A stretch of DNA of 22,053 nucleotides from Octopus sinensis (taxonomy: Eukaryota): assembly GCF_006345805.1 (NCBI RefSeq), contig NW_021836987.1:1-22053 (forward strand), read 5' to 3'. Within the stretch, counting starts at the first letter, position 1. Every line of letters starts with the position of its first letter. The position numbers were made by a program, and so were the translations under genes. Positions 1 to 10,888 of the stretch are shown one piece after another. Below the pieces are notes generated by a model that was given only the letters and a program-made list of their open reading frames with translations, was not told the origin of the DNA and ran no database searches.

Positions 1-88
1 TATGTGTGTGTGTGTGTGTGGTGTGTGTGGTGTGTGTGGGTATGTGTGTGTGTGTGTATGCGTGTGAGTGTGTGTGTGGTGTGTGTGT
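1..88. repeat. (TG)n microsatellite, imperfect
   Basis: Direct reading of the TG dinucleotide run. Confidence 0.95.
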
Positions 89-430
89 ATTTATACAAAA
101 GTATGGAGGTTTAGTTTTCATAAGTGATTTAAATAATTAGGTACGCTAGGTAAGTGCTGTAGCGGATTTACTAGGAATTCAAAGTTATATCCGACTCGAT
201 GGTCATGGATAGTTGCAGATTACAGATGCTGTGGATATATACTTGTTAAAGAGGACAACATTAAATATATATATATATATATATATATATAATGGACTCT
301 GTCCCGTCGTTTGATGAAGTGTGAGGGGTTTGGCAATTTCTTGCCGAGCAACCACACAGATAATATGTTTATAGTGATCAAATGTTTTTGTAGACATAAG
401 CTCACTCCTTTTATCAAATTGACATTACCT

Positions 431-588
431 GTACAGGTGCAACTGTGTGCCACATGTCAGATGTCGAAATGGTCGCAGAGCAACGTTAAATGAAGTTCTT
501 TGCTCAAGAACACAACTCAGCTCCCGTTCTGGGAATCGAACGCACGATCTCGCAATCGTGTGTGCAACACCCTAACCACCAAGCCACA
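431..588 (-). mobile_element. tRNA-derived SINE fragment (related to family C, 5' part)
   Basis: The minus strand starts TGTGGCTTGGTGGTTAGGGTGTTGCAC (A box) and has CGTTCGATTCCC (B box). The segment gagcaacgttaaatgaagttctttgctcaagaacacaac matches 6519-6557. Confidence 0.8.
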
Positions 589-1278
589 TATAATAAACCA
601 GGCTCCAGATAGACGTGAGAGTTAAATCGACTCGAAGCACTGCCTCAATGCGCTGACAGATGAGAGGGAGCTAGAAAAGCATCTTACACATGTGACACAA
701 ACTCACAAATGAAGTAACAAATAGATGTCTTGCAAACAACTTGCCACATGCAAGTGCTACCAGTTAAAAGCTCCGTATACGGAAGCTAGCAAGTGTATGG
801 GGTCATCAGGAGAGAATGCGCGCCGTTTCGGGGCCTACATCTCGACGGCTCAATGTTCGCACCGGCCCCCCTCACTGATATGAGGCCCCGCTTGCTAGAT
901 CAGCTGGTATGAAGAACTCAATATACTTCTAGCCATCGCTCATCGTCTCTTTTTAACCAAAGCCAGTGGCTAGCCTTCTCCACTGTAGATTGGATATCAG
1001 TCATGGTGGTATTGACTTTACGATGAGTTAGGCCTAAGGATAACAACAGTCGTCTCACGCTGTGTCCTACAAACCCTATATCACGTGATTTCGAACTCTG
1101 AATTTAATCTTAGCTCTCGTCAGTTGTTCTTACTGTGCACCAGGCGAAATGGTATCTCTCCTCGTGCAACTCCAACTCATGAGAAAAAAACCGCTGAAAA
1201 GCGTGCGCTAATTCAAATCTGTGGAAGTGTATAGTATAAATGAAATATAGTATATTAAATATATTATAATATAGGCGA

Positions 1279-1510
1279 AGGCAGCGAGCTGGCAGAAACG
1301 TTAGCGCGCTGGGCGAAATGCTTAGCAGTATTTCGTCTGCCGTTACGTTCTGAGTTCAAATTCCGCCGAGGTCGACTTTGCCTTTCATCCTTTCGGGGTC
1401 AACAAATAAAGTACCAGTCTCGCACTGGGGTCGATATAATCGACTTGATCCCTTTGCCTGTCCTTGTTTGTCCCCTCTATGTTTAGCCCCTTGTGGGCAA
1501 TAAAGAAATA
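1279..1510 (+). mobile_element. SINE family A, near full length
   Basis: GAGCTGGCAGAAACGTTAGC head, GAGTTCAAATTCC B-box-like motif, central GGTCGACTTTGCCTTTCATCCTTTCGGGGTC block and GCCCCTTGTGGGCAATAAAGAAATA tail. More than 10 homologous copies or fragments occur in the window. Confidence 0.92.
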
Positions 1511-2115
1511 TATATTATTATATAGGTGTCCCGTTAGCAATTAAAACCCTAAAGGCAAATTAATCCACAAGGACACAAAATAGGACAAGCATTGCTAGAA
1601 ACGAGAGTCAAAATACGACTCGGAGAGTCACAAAAAGCACTAACGCAATGAGTTGCCGAAACTCATAGTAGAGGTGCAGATGTGCATTTGGGCCTCTCTG
1701 TATGTATCTATGCTTAAGGACCCATGATGTAGTGTATGTTTTTGTGCTCGTGTATTTTTGCATTATCTGTACAGCTAGTATATGTGGGTGTACGTATCTC
1801 TCTCTATCTCTCTCTCTCTCTATGTATATATATATGTATATGTATATGTACTTATGCATAGGTATATATGTGTGTGTGGGTGTTGGTGTTTGTGTATGTC
1901 TATGCTTGTAATCAAACACTCCCTTTTTCAGCAGTCAATACGCTCTAAATTATCAGTTTGAAGACGGCTTTTTTTAAGCGAGGAATCTCACCTTGTTGTA
2001 ACAATCTAATTAAAGCGGGAAAATTATCAGACGAGCTATTTCTGTTCAGTTTTTCAAATATATAACACTTACCGAGGACTTTCTATTTATTATATTATAT
2101 ATTATATATATTATA

Positions 2116-2155
<40 letters not shown>

Positions 2156-2413
2156 TCTGTTTTTTACATAAATTTTCCATCTGTCCTGCCCGCCAAATTT
2201 TGGTTCTGGTGTTCGCTGTATTTTTTCTCTAGAGAATTTCCTTGTAGTTTGATCGTTGATGGTCATTCCTAGCATACGGCCGACTACCTAGCAGTAAGCC
2301 CTGCCAATATACACATATATTAGAATTTTCTCTGACTTGTCAGGTTTTTTGTATGCTGGACTACTGGTTTTAAATTGATATTAAAATTAATATTATTTAT
2401 CTCCCTCATTATT

Positions 2414-2465
<52 letters not shown>

Positions 2466-2495
2466 ATATGTATATGTGTTATATATATAATATTA

Positions 2496-2608
2496 TTGGT
2501 CGGCGGGTAATATAGTAGAAGACACATGCCCAAGGTGTCATGCAGTGGGACTGAACCCAGAACCATAAAGTTTAGAAGCAAACTTCTTACCACACAGCTA
2601 CACCTGCT
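2496..2608 (-). mobile_element. SINE family D, 5' fragment
   Basis: Homologous to 9333-9490 and 19540-19696 (tagtagaagacacatgcccaaggtgtcatgcagtgggactgaaccc). Confidence 0.85.
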
Positions 2609-2652
2609 CCGACGAATGTATGTATGTATGTATATATATATGTTGTATATAT

Positions 2653-2951
2653 AACCCTCCTTCTTTCCGTCTTTGTTGAGCGTCGAGCTGGCAGAAACGT
2701 TAGTACGCCGTATTCCGTCCGAGGTTACGTTCTGAGTTCAAATTCCACCGAGGTCGACTTTGCCTTTCATCCTTTCGGGGTCGATAAATAAAGTATCAGT
2801 TACGCACTGGGGTCGATGTAATCGACTTAATCCCTTTGTCTGTCCTTGTTTGTCCCCTCTATGTTTAGCCCCTTGTGGGTAATAAAGAAATATATATTTG
2901 TTCCACGTCCTCGCGTTGTTGTGTGTTTTTGTTTTCTTGTTTGGATTAACT
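2653..2951 (+). mobile_element. Family P repeat (hammerhead-bearing family, 3' part), interrupted by SINE A
   Basis: 2653-2684 (aaccctccttc...gagcgtc) and 2895-2951 (atttgttccacgtcctcgcgttg...ggattaac) are nearly contiguous in the uninterrupted copy at 7046-7150 on the minus strand. Confidence 0.8.
2684..2892 (+). mobile_element. SINE family A nested in family P
   Basis: High identity to 1279-1510, with an internal deletion after GTTAGTACGCCG. Confidence 0.9.
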
Positions 2952-2971
2952 TTATATATAATAATATAATA

Positions 2972-3031
<60 letters not shown>

Positions 3032-3536
3032 ATATATATATATATATATATGCATACATGTTTCGGGGAATGCATACATGCATAAATACATGCATATATA
3101 CCTATCGAACCGCCTTCTAAGCTACATGCATGTATATATATATATATATATATACTTACGTTCATAAATATGTACGTGCCTACTGTGTGAATGATTTTTA
3201 AAATCTCGTTGGAACAGCTGAGGGAATGGCTTAAGATGAAAGTGTATTTTTGATAGCAAGGGACACAATTAGTATTAATCAATCATTCTTGGAGTGAAAT
3301 GACAAGTAATGTAATTTTGTATAATAATGTGTTCTTAATGTGTGTGTGTATGTTTGGGCATGTATAAGCGTATGTGTGTGTGTTTATGGGGAGTGTAGTG
3401 GTAAATAGATGTTTATGAGTTGTGGCGGTGGGGGTGTTTGAGATAGTACCAACTTTTGAAGGTTGGACGCATAGACTGTTTATGGAAATCTGAGAAGTGA
3501 CAATTTCTAATTGGCTGAAAGGTAGAAGCTTCATAT

Positions 3537-3945
3537 GTGCGTATGTGGTGCGTTAGCGTGCATGTTTGTGTTTGTGCATGTATGTGTGTGTGTGTGTGTC
3601 TATGTGAGATATATGTGTGTGTCCTTGTATATGTATACTTATATTTATGTTGTATTTTTAATGGATGTAACAATGCTGTTTATATATATATATCTATATA
3701 TAATATATATATATATACATACTATATATATATATACCTGTATATGAGTGTGTGTATATATAAATATATATATACGTATATATGTGATTATATGTATATG
3801 TATGCTTGTATGTGTGCGTGTATATATATATATATAATATATACATTCACACATAAATACATACATACATACACACACACACACATATGTATATATATAT
3901 ATATATTATATATAAGCACATTTATGCATAGGTGTACATGCATAC
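3537..3945. repeat. Compound (TG)n/(TA)n/(CA)n microsatellite field
   Basis: Direct reading. It explains the low-complexity ORFs here. Confidence 0.9.
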
Positions 3946-4140
3946 ACTCGTACGTGCTCAATCAAGTAACACGAGGCATTCCGATTCGGAGTCCATTTGT
4001 TAACATGAAAGGAGGAGAAAATTCCTTTATCTTTAAGAAGGGGAAAAAGGAAAAAAAAAGAAAGCAAAACAAGGTACACAACGCAAAAAAATAAAAACAC
4101 AAAGAAGGCAAAACAACACAAAAAGAAAACATCATTAACA

Positions 4141-4224
4141 TTGTTATTATTATTATTATTATTATTATATTATTATTATTATTGTCAGCTAGAACAACAA
4201 CAACTACAAGAATAATAATGGTGG

Positions 4225-4274
<50 letters not shown>

Positions 4275-4306
4275 CTGCTGGTGATGGTGGTGGTGATGAT
4301 GATGAT
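4141..4306. repeat. (TTA)n followed by (GAT)n/(GGT)n trinucleotide microsatellites
   Basis: Direct reading. Confidence 0.95.
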
Positions 4307-4335
4307 ACATGACAAGAACCAAAAGACGAACATAC

Positions 4336-4379
4336 GATGAAGCGTCCGTCAAACAGTACACCGCCTCGGGGCCTTGAAG
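4336..4379 (-). CDS. Possible 44-nt host exon (unidentified gene)
   Basis: The minus strand reads cccattatttcgtag|CTTCAAGGCC...GCTTCATC|gtatgt, with AG and GTATGT boundaries. It is a GC-rich unique island in AT-rich DNA. No homology recognised. Confidence 0.3.
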
Positions 4380-4710
4380 CTACGAAATAATGGGCCTTAC
4401 GAGTACTGCGAATGTAGTTTTTCCAAGTAGCATTTGTTGCTAGGTGTAGTCATAAGCTGTATGGATCGAAGGAAGAATACTTGTGCCAGAGGGCAATTGG
4501 CGATTTTGTAAAAGGAATAAAAATCTAAGAAATCATGTCCTGAATTTTCTGAAGAAACTCTGTGAATTGGACATTTTCTCCTCTTTTCTTTTCTTGTCTT
4601 GTCTTGCCTTGTCAGTTATGGTTTTAAAAGAATTTCATGCTACGATAAAAGGATTATCCATATTCGTACTCGTCCACTTGGCTCGGAGATTTCTTATGTT
4701 CTATGAATTT

Positions 4711-5101
4711 ATGTATGTGTGTCTGTATGTATGTATGTATGTGTATGTATGTATGTATGTATGTATGTATGTATGTATGTATATGTGTGTGTATGTATGT
4801 ATGTATGTATGTATGTATGTATGTATGTATGTATGTATGTATGTAGTGTGTCTATGTATGTATGTATGTGCGTATGCATGTATGGATGTGTATAAGCATA
4901 TATGTATGTATGCATGCATGTATGCACGTATGTATGTGTGCATGCATGTATGCATGTATGTATGTACGTATGTGTGTGTATGCATGTATGCATGTATGTA
5001 TGTGTGCGTATATGTACGTATGCATGTATGTATGTGTGTGTATGCATGTATGCATGTATGCATGTATGTATGCATGTATGCATGTATGCATGTATATGTA
5101 T
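4711..5101. repeat. (TATG)n microsatellite grading into TATGCATG variants
   Basis: Direct reading. It explains the YVCM/HTYI ORFs. Confidence 0.95.
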
Positions 5102-5655
5102 GAATCATGTATGTCTTCAAGAGTGGGTGAATAGATGTTAGAAATTATGCGGGCGTTAATGTAAGCGCGTATAAACGAACGTTGTTATATCTGCTTATGT
5201 GTAAGTTAGTATATTTTTCCTACGCATACACAAACATACATGTCTGTATATATGATTCTATAAGTGTATATATGCATACGTATTCATATATATGTGCGTA
5301 TATATATATTTAATATATATAATATATATAATATATATATATATGTATGTATGCATTTATTTACATAAACATATACTTACACAGGCAAAGAATTGAAAGC
5401 TTTATCACGTACTACTCAACTTGTGAACTCCTAACCGCCATCATTGTATATGTGCATATACTATCTATGTTTGAATTTGCACAGAAACGTATGTATGTGC
5501 CTATGTATCTATCTTCATATATTATATATATATATACGTGTGTGTATATCTGTATATATATGTGTGTGTGTGTAAATATATATATGCATGCATATATATA
5601 TATATATAAATATATGTTTGTGCATAGCTTATATATGTATATATATGTTTATATA

Positions 5656-5689
<34 letters not shown>

Positions 5690-6340
5690 CATGCATACAT
5701 GTGTGCAGTGTGTATTAGTGTGCAAAAGTTAATATTGTTCGGTGTCAACTCTCATGCAGGTATAGAATTATTGATTTGTCGGGAGATATAAACTCTCCCC
5801 GACCAAACCACCTAAAACCGAACACACATTCTTATATTCTGCTATGTATGTGTGTGCACGTGAATATGTATATAACCATGCCTGTACGTACGTATCTATG
5901 TATGTAAATGTGTGTGTGTGTTTGTGTGTGGAAGCAAAAAAAAATGAGATAAAAGAAGTGACTCAGAATAGTAAGTGGCCTGGATTTGGACATCAAATAC
6001 GAATAAAGTTATAGAGAAATACCTTATAAGATAAATTCTGTGTTTATTGAAATTATCTTCCTTTGGCTAGGAAACTAAATCAAACGCCTGCAGGCAATTG
6101 TGACCAACTTTGAATGACAAAGGGAGATAATCTTACGTATATATGTATGGATGCATCCTTATCAATATATATGTGTTTGTATATAGTTTTACGTATCCTG
6201 TAGTCTTAAGACCTACATTGATGGAAGTATACACACACAACAATGTTCAGTCTTGAAATTTATTTTCTCTGGTTACTGCAATATTGGCTGTGCCAATCAA
6301 TGATTAAGTAGTTCAGTGAACGGAATTAATTGTAACTGGT

Positions 6341-6606
6341 ACTCCGTCGGTTACGACGATGAGTGTTCGAATTGATCTGATCAACGGGACAGCCTGTCCC
6401 CTGAAATTAACATGCAATCGGCGGAGCACTGTATAGACACGTATACCCTTAGCGTAAAGTGACAAGGCCGGCCCCTTGAATTACAGGTAGAACTCATTTT
6501 TGCCAGCTGAGTGAACTCGAGCAACGTGAAATAAAGTGTCTTGCTCAAGGACACAACGCATCGTCAGGAATCGTGAGCCGAATGCCCTAACCACTAAGCC
6601 ACGCGC
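6341..6606 (-). mobile_element. SINE family C (C-type tRNA head with family-B-type 3' tail), internally deleted
   Basis: 6341-6490 matches the family B tail (actccgtcggttacgacga...gacaaggccggccc). 6520-6606 matches the head at 431-588 (A box CGTGGCTTAGTGG). Confidence 0.85.
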
Positions 6607-6964
6607 ATTCATAGGCAACTATATACGTATTTATACACATATTACGTCTCCGTGCGTATATTCTAATTGCACAGCTATGATGTTGCAAGTTAGAAAAATA
6701 AAAGGAAAAAGAACCAGTAATAAGAAGTGGTGGGAGAAAGAAAAAGAGCAAGTGATGGGAGAAAGAGAAAAGTAAGAGAAAGAGAAAAATAGAAAGAGAG
6801 AAAGAGAGAGAAAATGATTTGAAAAATAGTGTTGCTAAAATGTACCTAAGTATTGTTACAGACATTAAAACTCATCTGTAAGCTTGTAAACGCACACATA
6901 TAAAGCAGACTGTATATCCACATAAATAAATACATAAATACAATAGTAACATATGTATACACGC

Positions 6965-7039
<75 letters not shown>

Positions 7040-7045
7040 ATATTA

Positions 7046-7258
7046 TAGTTAATCCAAACAAGAAAACACAGAAAAAAAACACAGCAACGCGAGGACGTGG
7101 AACAATTAAAGTATTATTTGACGCTCAGGAAAGAAGGGAGGAGGGTGGTTTAACGTTTCGAGCGGAGCTCTCATCGGAACAAAGGAGAAGGAAAGATCCC
7201 GAGAAGGGAAGACAGAGGAAAAAAATATTTTTGCTGGTGGTGCTCAAGAGATCACATG
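7046..7258 (-). mobile_element. Family P repeat with hammerhead motif; probable PLE terminal (pLTR-like) sequence
   Basis: Homologous to 2653-2951 and 9198-9315. It carries the hammerhead motif at 7148-7181 and is embedded in (TA)n. Confidence 0.7.
7148..7181 (-). ncRNA. Minimal type I hammerhead ribozyme motif, degenerate
   Basis: The minus strand reads TGTT-CCGATGA-GAGC tcc GCTC-GAAA-CG-TT-AAAC. Core is CUGANGA with U4>C, stem II is a perfect 4 bp, GAAA is intact, stem III is the palindrome AACGTT, and stem I is weak. Confidence 0.7.
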
Positions 7259-7614
7259 TATATATATATATATATTAAATATATATATATATATATATAC
7301 AGATAAACATATAATATATACACCCTAGCGCATATAAGCATACGAATACATCAAAAATTGCCTGGAGTATTGAATATTAAAATAAGAAAATGGTGGAAAA
7401 ATATCTGTAATATAATGAATTATAATATAAATATGAAAAAATATAAATTTAGATTCGGCCTCGGCGAAATTTAAATTTAAATTCGTAAGCAGTCGAAGGT
7501 TTTCTTGAAAGTCGACAAATGTAAAATGTAAAATGTAAAGGCGATAAATGTACAATGAATATTATACAAAATGATGCCTGTTTTATGTGGAAAAGCCAAA
7601 TTCAAATGAGGAAG

Positions 7615-7962
7615 TCAAATATTATACCTCGTAGCATGTCTGCAGGAATTGAAAAGCTCCCGTCTTTAGTTCAATACGTATTTAACCTGGAACAGGATGA
7701 GAAGCTTTGCAATCAGGCACAAATTTCACCTCATTGGGCGTCTATAATCTCCATGCTGATATGATGCAGCTTTCTCCAAGACCGTCTTGCTAATATTGAA
7801 AGGACGAGTATCATTTTCTTTCAAACGCCAGGCATGTTTGACAAAACTCGTTGCTGTACTACTTTCGGGCTAACGAAATGAATTTCGGTGGAAATATAAT
7901 CTAGTTTTAAGGGAATTTTCCGAAGTTCCTGTTTATGTTTTGTATTCTTGTGAGCCATCTAT
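7615..7962 (-). pseudogene. PLE GIY-YIG endonuclease C-terminal remnant
   Basis: Manual translation: EYKT*TGTSENSLKTRLYFHRNSFR*...TSFVKHAWRLKEN...YQHG...*NLCLIAKLLIL...VLN*RRELFNSCRH. This matches the PLE endonuclease pattern YIG...FKxRxxxHxxSF...LSKxxWxLK...CxLCxxEK...LNKRxE...CRH. Several in-frame stops. Confidence 0.85.
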
Positions 7963-7993
7963 CTACAAACAATTCCTTTCTCTAGACAATTTG

Positions 7994-8290
7994 CTAGTTC
8001 TATGGTTTAATCCAGCATTTAACATTGCACTAAAACCTATTATAGGTAGAGAATTCTTGAAATTAGTTTCTAGGTACTTTCAAGAAAACCATAAGTTCTA
8101 TAGAATTTTTGATAGAAGAACGCTAAGGATTAGCTAGTCTTGTTATAAGAGCTTCGCTTCAGTAATTAACCAGCATAACAGGAAAATTATTAGGAGCAAC
8201 CACAGTGCCGGAAATAATCTCAAGAATTGCAATTGTAAAGATCAAAGTTGCTGTCCGTTAGGAGGAAATTGTTCTCTTAAGAATGTCTTT
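7994..8290 (+). pseudogene. PLE RT-endonuclease linker remnant (Neptune-type Cys motif), inverted
   Basis: Reading through the stop of ORF 7940-8137 gives LWFNPAF...IGREFLKLVSRYFQENHKFYRIFDRRTLRIS*SC...INQHNRKII...NCNCKDQSCCPLGGNCSLKNV. This matches the WFNPP...IGxxFL...HKIFNRxTxKxSYSC...CNC...CPLxGxC pattern of Neptune-like PLEs. Confidence 0.85.
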
Positions 8291-8590
8291 ATTGGTTACG
8301 TAGTCTTACTAGAGTGTTTATATGTTTGTATGCATATATATATGTTCTTTCTTTTTTCTTTTACTTATTTCAGTCATTTGACTGCAGCCATGCTGGAGCA
8401 CCGCCTTGAAGGGCTTTTGTCAAGCAAATCGGCCCCAGGACATATTTTTAAAGCCTAGTACTTATTCTATCGGTTTCTTTTGCTGAACTGCTAACTTACG
8501 GGAGCGTAAGCACACCAACACCGGTTATCAAGTGGTGATGGTGGGACAAACAAAGACAAAAAGACATGCACGCACACACGCATGTATATA

Positions 8591-8830
8591 CAGGGTGGTG
8601 CAAAAGTAAGGATACAAACACGTACAATACTCATTTATTAATGAATATAAAACAATAAAAAATTTACGATGAAAGTATTATTTTAGTCAAGATAAATGCA
8701 TTATTATGATTAATGACACTGAAAATATCAAAATGAGGCAAACTAATTTAATGTGCTAATCATTTTAATGAATTAACATTGTAACATTGATGAGATACTT
8801 ACTGTACACCTAATTTTGCACGACCCTTGG
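8591..8830. mobile_element. Tc1/mariner-type MITE with imperfect TIRs, degenerate
   Basis: Left end TA|CAGGGTGGTGCAAAAGTAAGGATACA. The reverse complement of the right end is CAAGGGTCGTGCAAAATTAGGTGTACA, with TA next to it. AT-rich non-coding interior. Confidence 0.6.
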
Positions 8831-9007
8831 TATATATAATATATATATATATTATATATATATTAAAAAAAAATTACGTAAACAACCAAAACAATAGGAC
8901 AACTACTTAATAAGGAAAACTTAACAAGAAATTGTCAGGTAGATAGCGTAAAAACCTCATAAGAGAAAAAATTTCGAAAATAATTATTTCTTATTGAAAC
9001 ATATTAA

Positions 9008-9155
9008 TTTATATATAGAGGGCATAATTATACATACATGCCAGGAGATTAGTAATATTTTTTGGTAGAATTGACTGATTGTCCCTCTTAGCGTTCGGCA
9101 TGTATATATAATGCCTCCTGGCATGTATGTATAATTATTGCCCTCTATATATAAA
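9008..9155. repeat. About 40-bp inverted repeat with 67-bp spacer
   Basis: Arm 9008-9047 (tttatatatagagggcataattatacatacatgccaggag) is the reverse complement of 9115-9155 apart from one indel. Confidence 0.9.
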
Positions 9156-9197
9156 GATATATATTATATATATATATATATGTATGTAGTATATATA

Positions 9198-9315
9198 TAG
9201 TTAATCCAAACATGAACAAAGAGAATACATGACAACGCGAGGACGTGGAGCAAGTATAGTGTTATTAGACGCTCAGGAAAGGAAAGAAAGAAGGAAGGAA
9301 GGAAGAAAGAAGGAG
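9198..9315 (-). mobile_element. Family P repeat, 3' fragment lacking the hammerhead
   Basis: tagttaatccaaac...caacgcgaggacgtgga...gacgctcaggaaag matches 7046-7135. Confidence 0.8.
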
Positions 9316-9810
9316 TATATATATATATATGCGACAGGCTTCTTTCAGTTTCCGTCCAGCAAATTCACTCAGAGGCTTTGGTCGGCCCGAGGTTATATAA
9401 TAGTGCCAGACATTTGCGAACGTACCCCCAGTAGGACTGAACCCGGAACCATGTGGTTGGGAAGTAGGCTTCTTACCACGCAGCCACGTCTGTTCCTATG
9501 TTTGTATGGAGGGATGGATAGATGGATGGAAGGATAGAATGGTTGTGTGTCCGCACACTACGTGGTTTGTAAGCGTCTGTGTTTTTGTTGTGTCTCGCTA
9601 AGTTCAGTAAATTAGCAACTCGACAAATATCTCAGACAAAATTCGTACCAAAAATTTAAATCATTAATTAATAGGATTCATATAATCCTCAGCAATTCTT
9701 GGAGGAGCTCCAGCTTGGCCACAGTCCAAGCTGGGCTGCCATTTTACTTAGTTTCTTAATTTTTTTTTTCTTTGCAGAAACAAATAAAAAGAAATGAGAG
9801 GCAAATAAAT

Positions 9811-10224
9811 GGCTGGCAGAAGCGTTAGCACGCCGGGCGAAATGCTTAGCCGTATTTCATCTGCCGCTGAGTTCAAATTCCGCCGAGGTTGACTTTACCT
9901 TTCATCCTTTCGGGGTCGATAAATTAATTACCAGTGATGCACCGGGGTCAATGTAATCGATTTAATCCGTTTGTCTGTCCTTGTTTGTCCCTTCTATATT
10001 TAGCCCCTTGTTCCTGTATTTCAAGGGACCGGCCTTGTTACTCTGTGCCACGCTGAATACCCCCGAGAACTACGTTAAGGGTGCACGTGTCTGTGGAGTG
10101 CTCAGCCATTTACACGTTAATTTCACATGCAGGCTGTTTCGTTGATTCGGATCAACCGGAACCCTCATCGTCGTAACCGACGGAGTGCTTCCACATTTAG
10201 CCCCTTGTGGGCAATAAAGAAATA
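9811..10224 (+). mobile_element. SINE family A interrupted in its tail by a family B fragment
   Basis: A body at 9811-10010. The tail resumes at 10195-10224. Confidence 0.9.
10011..10194 (+). mobile_element. 5'-truncated SINE family B with 13-bp TSD
   Basis: Matches the 3' half of 10889-11271. ATTTAGCCCCTTG is duplicated at 9998-10010 and 10195-10207. Confidence 0.9.
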
Positions 10225-10282
10225 AGTGAGAACGTAGAGAGAAAAAGATAGAAAGAGCGCATGTGTGTGCGTGTATGTGTGT

Positions 10283-10323
<41 letters not shown>

Positions 10324-10601
10324 GGTTTGCTTCAGGTTTGTTTCTTACTTATGAGGATTGGTTATAAGGAACGACTTTTGATGATGCTACTGTAAACATT
10401 CTTTAAGATGTTGTTGTTTTAGTTGTTATTTTCAAATATGTAGTGGGACTAATTTTACAATATTAGGAAATAAAACGGATACAGTGTTTTGTTTGGCTGT
10501 CGTTGTTGCTGTTGTTATTGTTATTGTTGTTGTCACTCTGCTCTGTGTATATATATACGAATGAATGCGTCGAAGATTTGTGTGAAAGATGGAGAAAGAC
10601 A

Positions 10602-10637
<36 letters not shown>

Positions 10638-10888
10638 TTGTGCGTGTGTGTCTGTGCGTGGGTTGGTGGAGACGAAGAGAGAAGTGAAAGCACTGGGCGC
10701 GGCTCAGACCATGAGATTAAAATATATACAAATAAATAAATAAATAACGCAAAGAAGAAGGTCAAATGAATCTCGGATGGAGGATCTCAACCACGATGGC
10801 ACGCACTGACCGAGTTAACACTGACCAAGTTATGTGGACGATGTATATACATAGACATATATATATATATATATATATATTGCCCACT

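Larger units (their letters stand above)
8357..9490 (-). mobile_element. SINE family D split by about 740 bp of nested insertions (3' half 8357-8590, 5' half 9333-9490)
   Basis: The two halves are colinear with the intact copy at 19305-19696, where only a short CA/TA microsatellite separates them. Confidence 0.8.

Noticed and set aside
800-836. Functional hammerhead from CTGATGA and GAAAC on the minus strand
   Set aside because: The would-be stem II strands are both CCCC (not complementary) and no stem III or UH site forms.
2280-2320. YIG-like tripeptide (VYIGRA) on the minus strand
   Set aside because: A stop follows at once and no other GIY-YIG residues are present, so it is likely chance.
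6052-6131. 14-bp imperfect inverted repeat (attatcttcctttg / caaagggagataat)
   Set aside because: Short, AT-rich and with one mismatch. It is plausible by chance in 22 kb and has no supporting element features.
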